64,000 bases of DNA, from the NCBI RefSeq assembly GCF_009914755.1, contig NC_060926.1; one strand, written 5' to 3'. Each line of letters opens with the position of its first letter. Within the stretch, counting starts at the first letter, position 1. Origin of the DNA: the human T2T-CHM13v2.0 reference genome, Homo sapiens. Shown one piece after another: positions 55,814-64,000 of the stretch. The notes under the pieces were generated by a model that was given only the letters and a program-made list of their open reading frames with translations, was not told the DNA's origin and did no database searches. The translations under genes were made by a program, and so were the position numbers.

Positions 55814-56065
55814 TAACAGTCAGAAAATCTCTAGTTTTAAATTTTAAAAAAAGAAAGATTACATGTGTGTGTTTGTATATGCATGTGTGTATGTGCACAC
55901 ACTTAATACACCATGATATGTTAGGACACTGTTTTACTATAGCACTTTCCAGCTTGGAAACAGTTTTATATTTTAAAAACTAAACACATACACATATTTT
56001 GCTCTGCAGTTACTACTTGTTTTTACTCATGACTGGTCATGTTTTTTATGAATTGAATCCTTTGC

Positions 56066-56598
56066 TACATTTGTCCATATGGGCTGCTATCACAAAATCC
56101 TTTAGACTGAGTAAACTTAATAGACAACTTTATTGCTTAAATTTCTTATAGAGAAATGTATTGCTCATAATCAAAATATTTTGATTATAGTACTATGACA
56201 AAATTTATTTTAAACTATATTCTTTCTTGTATAAACATTTTAATAGAGTTAACATTTGCCTTTCTTTATTAGATATATTTACTTTGATTTAAATTTTTAC
56301 TGTAAAATATTCACACATACAAAGAGGCTGAGGCGTCCAAGATCAAGGTGCTGGCAGATTTGGTGACTTGTGAGGGCCTTCCCCTTTGTAGATGGTGCCT
56401 TCTACCTGTGTCCTCACATGGCGGAAGGGGAAAACAAGCTCTCTGGGCCTTTTTTAAGGATACTAATTCCATTCATGAGGGCTCCACCCTCATGACCTAA
56501 TCAGCTCCCAAAGGCCCCATCTCTTAATACCATCACTTTGGGGGTTAGGATTTCAACATACAAATTTTGTGAGAACACAAACATTCTGACCATAACAG
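56066..56598 (-). mobile_element. MLT1A-like MaLR LTR interrupted by a 157-bp templated insertion
   Basis: GGGCTGCTAT.ACAAAAT...ATTGCTCATA [insert] GAGGCTG..GTCCAAGATCAAGGTGCTGGCAGATTTGGTG...CATTCATGAGGGCTCCACCCTCATGACCTAATCA...GACCATAACA. Confidence 0.9.
56169..56325 (+). repeat. 157-bp direct duplicate of 57045-57201
   Basis: 156/157 identical by eye (A at 56201 vs G at 57077). Confidence 0.96.
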
Positions 56599-57159
56599 CT
56601 GATGGCTCAGGCAATGAGCAAAAGGGGCTGTACTATGCTGTCCCCAGAAAAGGATTTTTGCTCAAATACTGTTTACTCTACTATTTTTTTTAACTATTTT
56701 ATCTGTACTAAGTAAAACATACATCATTTAGTAAGTTTATTTAAACCATAAAGCTAATCACCAACCCTACCAAGAAAAAGAAGACAATACCTTTCCTAAC
56801 TCCACCTTTTTACCAAGTCTTCTTTCTCAGGAACAACAACTTTCGATTCTCTTAGTTGTTTCTTTTTGGTCTTACCTTCATATTTGGATATAAGATTTAT
56901 ATTGATATTTCTTTATTTTTTCAACATTAGACATCATGCTTAACTTTCTTTTATAGAAGAAAAGAAATTAGTTCTCTTAGAGCATTATCCTAACTCATAA
57001 TTCCCCTATATTCTTCTCTAAATAGATATATAATATTTTTATTAAATCAAAATATTTTGATTATAGTACTATGACAGAATTTATTTTAAACTATATTCTT
57101 TCTTGTATAAACATTTTAATAGAGTTAACATTTGCCTTTCTTTATTAGATATATTTACT

Positions 57160-57572
57160 TTGATTTAAATTTTTACTGTAAAATATTCACACATACAAAG
57201 AAGCACATGAGACAACAATGCAGAGAAAGTATTGATGTAACTACCATGTAGGCCAAGAAATAAATATGACCACAAGATACATTCTTATCACAACTCCCTT
57301 CCTCCCTCCCTCCCACCCTCAGAGATAACCTGTACACTAATATTGCTGTAAATTATTTTCATGTTTTGTTTTACCAAGTAATTGCACATCTTACAAACTA
57401 AAGCTTAATTATGACTGGTTATGTATGTTTACCTTAGTTTATAATGCTAAACTGTTTTCAAAACTTATTGTGCCAATTTATTTTGCCACCCATAACGTAA
57501 GTCTTAGTTGTTCCACATTCTTCCTAATACTTGAAGTATGTACACACACATACACACATACACACACACAAA

Positions 57573-57604
<32 letters not shown>

Positions 57605-58770
57605 ATTTTTGTTATTCTTGTGGTTGTGTAGTGGTGTCTCACTCGGGTATAATTTATACTTGCTGGATGACCAATGAGGCTAAGCACTTTGTATATGTTT
57701 ATTGACTTTCTGAATTTCCTCTTTTATGGATTTACTGTTTAAGTCTTTTGACTATTTTTCCTTGGGGTTTTCTGTTTTATTCTCATTAATTTTTAATAGA
57801 AGTTATTTATGTATTCCGAATTTTTTTGGTGGGGGTGACAAGATCTTGCTCTGTCACCCACGCTGGAGCACAGTGTTGCAATCACGGCTCACTGCAGCCT
57901 TCACCTCCTGGGCTTGAGCAATCCTCTCAGCCCCCTGAGTAGCTGGGACCACAGACACATGCCACCACACCTGGCTAATTTTTTGTAGAGAGAGGGTTTT
58001 GCCACGTTGCCCAGGCTGGCCTTGAACTCCTGGGTTCAAGCGATCCTCCCGCCCCTGCCTCCCAAAGTCTATGATTACAGACATGAGCCACCAGGCCCAG
58101 CCCTGAATTGTTTCTCCACTGTGTGGGTTGCATTTCACTTTTATTGTGATGTATTTTAAGTAAACTATTTTAATGTAATCCAGTTTTTCCTTTATGGTTG
58201 ATGCTGCTTCTCTATTTTTTTCTTTTGGTCTTAAAAACTACTTTTCTACTTTAAAATTCTGAAGATATTCTCCTATTTTATTTTTCAAAAGATTGTTTTG
58301 CCTTTTATATATAAATATATGATTTTATAATTGACTTATATGTATGATGATTTATAGATGTCTAGTTTTATTTTCAAGTATGGATATCCAACTGTCCCAA
58401 CACCTTTTAACAAAAAAAGTCATCTTTTTCCATAGCTTTTCAGTGCCATTCTTTATAAAAACAAACAAACAAACAAACAAACAAACAACAAAAAAAAACA
58501 TCCATATATCCCTGGATTGATTTTTGGGCCCTGAAATCTGCTTTCTTATTCTCCACTGATATCATACTCACTTAATTATAATAGCTTTAAAAGGTTTTAT
58601 ATTTGGTAGAATATGTACTTTGTTTATTGAAATCTTTTAAGTATCTTAGCTATTCCAGACCCTTCACATTTATATTCACACACACACACACACACACATT
58701 TTAAATGGGATTGTATTCAATCTATAGTTTTGTTTGAAAAAAGGGACATTCTTGCAAACTTAAATTCTAG
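57160..58770 (-). mobile_element. L1ME fragments (antisense), interrupted by AluJ and microsatellites
   Basis: TGTTCCACATTCTT.CTAATACTTG, GTAGTGGT.TCTCA, GATATTCTCCTAT, TATGGATATCCAA.TGTCCCAACACC. Confidence 0.7.
57820..58102 (-). mobile_element. AluJ
   Basis: Antisense dimer with J-type GGTTTTGCCACGTTGCCCAGG and TCAAGCGATCCTCCCGCC. Confidence 0.9.
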
Positions 58771-59383
58771 TTATTAAGTTTTAGTTGAAAAAGTACACTG
58801 GATTAGATTAATGGAAAATTAAACATTACAGAAAAAAAGAGTAGTAATCATAGATACACAGCAATATAAGCTCTCTAAAATGCAACAGAAGAAAAAATCC
58901 CTTATGTGGCCTATTTTATATATATATATCACTAATGTATTGGGGAGGGAGACATAAAAATGTTGAAGAAATAGTTGATGAAATTTTTTTCAAATTTGAT
59001 AAAAATTATAAACTCACAGGATCTGAATAAACCCCAGGTCTCACAAATATAAAGAAAACTGGCCAAAAACACATAATAATCAAATTCCTTAGAATCAATG
59101 ACAAAGAGAAAATCTAAAAAGCAACCAGATAAAAAAGACATTATATACAGTGGAACAAAGATCAAGATAACAGCAGATATTTTTAAAACAATGCAAGCTA
59201 GAAAACAATGGACTATCATATGTAAAGTAGTGAAAGAAAAATAAAGTGACAACTTAGAATTCTTTATTCAGCAAAAAATATTCTTTAGTAAAGAAAGCAA
59301 ACTAAGGACTTTTTCAGACTTACAAAAACTGAAAGAATTCATCACAGCAAACTGACATTATAAGAAATATTTAAGAAAATCCT

Positions 59384-59676
59384 GGACTGGTGCAATGGCT
59401 CATACCTGTAATCTTAGCACTTAGGGAGGCCGAGGTGGGTGGATCACCTGAGGTCAGGAGTTCAAGACCAGCCTGGCCAACATGGTGAAACCCCATCTCT
59501 ACAAAAAATACAAAAAATTAACTGGGCATGGTGGTGAGCACCTGTAATCCCAGCTACTCAGGAGGCTGAGGCAAGAGAATCACTTGAAAGCAGGAAGCGG
59601 AGGTTGCAGTGAGCCGAGATCATGCCATTGCACTCCAGCATGGGAAACAAGAGTGAAACTCCATCTCAAAAAAAAA
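59384..59676 (+). mobile_element. AluS (Sq-like)
   Basis: Full dimer; AACAAGAGTGAAACTCC; TSD AAAATCCT. Confidence 0.93.
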
Positions 59677-60169
59677 AAAATCCTTTCAGCAAAAGAAAAA
59701 TACTGAAAAGAAACTTGGCTCTACGCAAAGAAATGAAGAGCACCATGAATGTGTCTACACAGGTAAATATAATGACTATTTTTATTATTTAAATCTCTAA
59801 GAAATCATTAACTGTTTAGAGCAAAATAATAAGCAAATATTACAAGATTTTTACACATATGGAGTGTAATGTATGACAACAGTGCATAAAAGCCAGGACA
59901 GGGGAAGAGAAATATAATTTTACAAGTTTATTATACTATACATAAATTAATATAACATTAATAATTTAATTAGTAAGTTAAAGATGTATACTATGTTTTA
60001 AATTATCCACTAAATTAACACCAAAAAATTGTATCTAATAAGCCAACAAACAAGATTAAATTATTTTAAAAATTCCAAAAAGGCAAGAGAAAAAGGAAAC
60101 AATAATAAATAACAGATGAAACAAACAGAAAACAAATAGTAGTAATAGAGTGAGACCCAAACATATAGA

Positions 60170-60860
60170 GCATTTATACGCCATTGATGGGAATGTAAAC
60201 TAGGAGAGCCACTATGGAAAACAGTACTGAGATTTCTTTAAAAAACTAAAAATAGCATTCAATCTAGCAATCCCACCACTGGATATCTACCTAAAGGAAA
60301 AGAAAGCAATATATCAAAGGAATACCTGCACTCACATGATTATTGCAGCACTATTCACAATAGCAAAGATATGGAATCAACTTAAGTGTCCATCAACTGA
60401 TGAATGTATAAAGAAAATGTAGTATATGTACACACTGGAATACTATTCAGCCATAAAAATGAATGAAATCTTGTCATTTGCAGCACCATGGATGGAACTG
60501 GAGGTCATTCTCTTAAGTGAACTAAGCCAGGAACAAACAGACTTATATCTTTGTTTTCATATATACGTGAGAGCTAAAATACTTGAGCACAAGAAGGTAG
60601 GGACTAGAAAAATACACAACAGAGACTGGGACAGATGAGTGAAGGAGAGGGAAGAAGATGAAGAGAGGTGGGCTAAAGGGTACAAACATACAGTAAGATA
60701 GAATATATTAAATGTCTGATAGCAGAGTAGAATGAATATATTTTTAAAAATGTATTGCACTTAGGTGATGGATACCCTAAATACCCTGACTTGATTACTA
60801 CACATTATATACATGTAAAAAATTTTCCATATATCCCATATATTTTTCAATTTAAAAAGA
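60170..60860 (+). mobile_element. L1MA (MA3/4-like) 3' fragment
   Basis: GGGAATGTAAACTAG..AGCCACTATGGAAAACAGTA; GCAGCACTATTCACAATAGCAAAGATATGGAATCAAC; ACCCTAAATACCCTGACTTGAT. Confidence 0.9.
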
Positions 60861-60861
60861 A

Positions 60862-61160
60862 GGCTGAGCATGGTAGCTCATGCCTGTAATCCTTTAGAAC
60901 TTTGGGAGGCCGAACTGGGAAGATCACTTGAGCCCAGGAGTTCAAGACCAGCCTGGGCAACATAGCAAGATCTCATCTCTACAAAAATTAAAAAATAAAA
61001 AGTTAGTGGGGCCCAGTGGCACACATCTATAGTCCTAACTACTTGGGAGGTTGAAGCAAGAGGGTCACTTGAGCTCTGGAGTTCAATGTTATGGTAAACT
61101 ATCATCATGCTGATGCACTACAGGCTGGGTAACAAAGTGACACCCTGTTTCTAAAAAAAA
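60862..61160 (+). mobile_element. AluJ inserted in the L1MA tail
   Basis: GATCACTTGAGCCCAGGAGTTCAAGACCAGCCTGGGCAACATAGCAAGA (J-type). Confidence 0.9.
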
Positions 61161-62238
61161 TTTAAATTAAATTAAATTTCTAAAAACCCAACCATATGAA
61201 TAATCACATAAAATCTAAGGGACTTAAGCACCTCCAATTCAAAGGAGATTTTGTCAGGTTGGATAAGAAAGTAAGACTCAACTGTATGGTGCTTACAAGA
61301 AGTTCACTTTAAATATAAAAACAAGAATAGGTTAAATGTATAAGGATGGGAAAAGATACACCAGTATGTCATCAATAAAAGGAAACTTCCAGCTAGCTAT
61401 ATTATTATCAAAAGTATTTGTGAGACAAAGAGTATTACCAGAGAAAGTGAGTGGGGTTTTTTTTCATGACGATGAAGGGATCAATTTATCAAGAGGGCAT
61501 AATCTTAAATATGTATGTACTTAATAAAAGAACTTCAAAATATCTTAACCAAAATTGATAGAATTTCAAGGAGGAATAGAAAAATCCATAATTACAATCA
61601 GCTATTTAACACCCCTCCCTCATTAACTGATTTAACAAGTAGACAGAAAATCATTCATGGTAAAGGTTACTTGAACAATACTAACAATCCAGCTTGACCT
61701 AATTCACATCTACAGAATCTTCCACCCATCAGCAGGATACATCTTTTTTTCATGTGCACATGAAACATTTATCAAAATAGACCACCTTCTGACTCTGAAA
61801 TAAGTCTCAAAAAATCTAAAAGAATGTGTTCTCTGGTCACAATAAAATTAGAAATCAATAACTGAAAGGCATCTAGTAAATTTCCCCACATATTTAGAAT
61901 TTAGAATTTAAGTAATGTGTATAAATAATCCATTGATCAAAGGAATCAAAGTAGAATTTAGAAAGTATTCTGAGCTGAATGAAAATGAAAACAAAACATC
62001 AAAATTTGTGGTATGCTGTTAAGCAAAAATTTGAGGAAAATTTACAGAATTAAATGTTAATAATCGAAAAAAAGTTGTCATATCAGCTTCCCCTTTAATA
62101 AAATAGAAAAAGAGGAGCAATGTAAACCTATAATAAGCAGAATAAAAGAAATTAACACCAGGAGAAATCAATGAAATAGAAATTTGAAAAAATAGTAGAA
62201 AAGATCAACGACTCAAAAGAGGTTTATTGAAACCAATA

Positions 62239-62300
62239 CAGTAGACTCCCCTTATCCATAATTTTGCTTTCTGTGGGTTCAGTTACCCACAGTATATAGT
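62239..62300 (+). mobile_element. MER44/Tigger7-like terminal fragment
   Basis: TA|CAGTAG.C.CCCCTTATCC....TTT.GCTTTC.G.GG.TTCAGTTACCC. Confidence 0.65.
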
Positions 62301-62451
62301 ACAATAAAATGCAAAACTGATAAACCCCTAGCCACTCTGATCAGGGAATAAATGAAGACACAAATTGCCAATTTCAGAAATGAAAGAAGGGGTATCACTG
62401 CAAAGTCTGCAAATATTAAAAGAAAAATAAGAAAATATTGTAAACAGTATT

Positions 62452-62775
62452 TGTCATGCCTCTGAGCCCAAGCCTGCACATATACATCCAGATGGCCTGA
62501 AACAACTGAAGAATCACAAAAGAAGTGAAAATGGTCAATTCTTGCCTTAACTGATGACATTACCTTGTGAAATTCCTTCTCCTGGCTCAGAAGGTCCCCC
62601 ACTGAGCACCTTGTGACCCCCGCCCCTGCCCACCAGAGAACAACCCCTGCCCCACCCCTAACTCCCTTTGCTGACTCTCTTTTCCGACTCAGCCTGCCTG
62701 CACCCAGGTAATTAAAAAGCTTTATTGCTCACACAAAGCCTGTTTGGTGACCTCTTCACATGGATGTGCGTGACA
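62452..62775 (+). mobile_element. HERV-H 5' LTR (LTR7 family), 324 bp, internally deleted
   Basis: TGTCA.GCCTCTGAGCCCAAGC...CCTTAACTGATGACATT...CCCCCACTGAGCACCTTGTGACCCCC...ATTAAA..TTTATTGCTCACACAAAGCCTGTTTGGTG...TGACA. Confidence 0.95.
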
Positions 62776-62777
62776 TT

Positions 62778-62795
62778 TGGTGCCATGACTTGGAT
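62778..62795 (+). promoter_or_regulatory. HERV-H primer binding site (tRNA-His)
   Basis: TGGTGCCATGACTTGGAT vs consensus TGGTGCCGTGACTCGGAT (two CpG transitions), directly after the LTR. Confidence 0.9.
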
Positions 62796-63307
62796 CAGGG
62801 GACATCCCTTGGGATATCAATCCCCTGTCCTCCTGCTCTTTGCTCCATGAGAAAGAGCCACCTACAACCTCTGGTCCTCAGACCAATCAGCCCAAGGAAC
62901 ATCTCACCAATTTTAAATCAGGTAAGCGGCCTCTTTCTATTCTCTTCTCTAACCTCTCTCACTATCCCTCAACCTCTTTCTCCTTTCAATTTTGGTGCTA
63001 CCCTTCAATCTCTCCCTTCCCTTAATTTCAGTTCCTTTCACTTTCTGGTAGAGACAGAGGAGATGTGTTTTATCCGTGAACCCAAAACTCCAGCACCGGT
63101 CACGGACTCAGGAAGACAGTCTTCCCTTAGTGTTTAATCACTGCAGGGATGCCTGCCTGATTATTCACCCACATTTCAGCGGTGTCTGATTACCATGGGG
63201 ATGCCTGCCTTGATCCTTCACCTTGGTGGCAAGCACCACCTCCCAAGGGGGCAAGTACCCCCCCACCTCTTCTCTCTTTGTCTCTACCCTCTCTTTGCTC
63301 CTTCACT

Positions 63308-64000
63308 ATGGGCAATCTTCCACCTTCCATTCCTCCTTCTTCTCCCTTAGCCTGTGTTCTCAAGAACTTAAAACCTCTTCAACTCACACCTGACCTAAAA
63401 CCTAAGTGCCTTATTTTTTTCTGCAATAACACTTGACCCCAATACAAACTCAACAATGGTTCCAAATAGCCAGAAAATGGCACTTTCAATTTCTCCATCC
63501 TACAAAATCTAGATAATTCTTATGGAAAAATGGGCAAATGGTCTGAGGTGCCTGACGTCCAGGTATTCTTTTACACATCAGTCCTTCCCTAATCTCTGCT
63601 CCCAATGCAACTCATCCCAAATCTTTCTTCTTTCTCTTCTGTCTGTTCCTTCAGTCTCCACCCCAAGCTCTGAGTCCTTTGAATTCTCCTTTTCTATGGA
63701 CTCATCTGACCTCTCCCCTCCTCCCCAGGCTGCTCCTTGCCAGACTGAGCCAGGTCCCAATTCCTCCTTGGCCTCCACCCTATAATCCTTCTATCACCTC
63801 CCTTCCTAACACCTGGTCCAACTTACAGTTTCATTCTGCAACTAGCCCTCCCCAACCTGCCCAACAATTTCCTCTTAAAGAAGTGGCTGCATCTAAAGGC
63901 ATAGTCAAGGTTAATGCTCCTTTTTTTTTATCTGACCTCTCCCTATCCGACCTCTCCCAAATCAGTTAGCGTTTAGGCTTTTCTTCATCAAATATAAAAG
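63308..64000 (+). pseudogene. gag: HERV-H gag pseudogene (MA to p12/CA start)
   Basis: MGNLPPSIPPSSPLACVLKNL...LIFFCNNT*PQYKLNNGSK*PENGTFNF...GKWSEVPDVQ; later PPPY late domain and QFPLKEVA...GIVKVNAPF; stops at Trp codons and frameshifts. Confidence 0.88.

Larger units (their letters stand above)
58790..62451 (+). mobile_element. Old L1M ORF1 and ORF2 endonuclease remnant hosting several younger insertions
   Basis: About 59070 translates KHIIIKFL..NDKEKI*KA (ORF1 RHII..KEKILKAAR); about 61195-61310 resembles ORF2 IITLNVNGLN..WI.KQD.T.CCLQE. Confidence 0.8.
62776..64000 (+). mobile_element. HERV-H internal region (leader and gag), continues beyond the window
   Basis: GGAACATCTCACCAATTTTAAATC.GGTAAGCGGCC, CCCAAAACTCC.GC.CCGGTCACGGACT, GGGATGCCTGCCTGATTATTCACCCAC. 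Confidence 0.95.

Noticed and set aside
63430-63470. Trp-to-stop changes in gag as APOBEC3 hypermutation of this provirus
   Set aside because: As I recall, the same stops are widespread among HERV-H copies, so they are probably inherited; there is no evident general G-to-A excess

Overview
Primate (very probably human) non-coding euchromatin. It is AT-rich and dominated by interspersed repeats: about 15 Alu/FLAM copies, old L1M fragments, MIR and L2, MaLR/ERVL/ERV1 LTRs and DNA-transposon MITEs. The 5' end of a HERV-H provirus (LTR7, PBS-His, leader, dead gag) runs off the right edge. I find no credible protein-coding exon, RNA gene or CRISPR array; most listed ORFs come from repeats or low-complexity sequence, and none of the rest is recognisable. 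The most unusual structure is a set of short, non-retrotransposon, locally templated direct duplications. One is a 157-bp near-perfect copy (56169-56325 = 57045-57201) inserted inside an MLT1A LTR. The other is a layered complex at 36.5-39.9 kb, where the 3' end of an L1MA was copied twice and one copy then acquired, inside a (TA)n tract, a patchwork of two neighbouring segments. Other points of interest are a closely spaced inverted Alu pair, a HERV-H 5' LTR that appears to lack its TATA region, and several motif-dense repeat-free candidate enhancers. Repeat family and subfamily names come from recalled consensus sequences, not a database search, and boundaries of old repeats are approximate.
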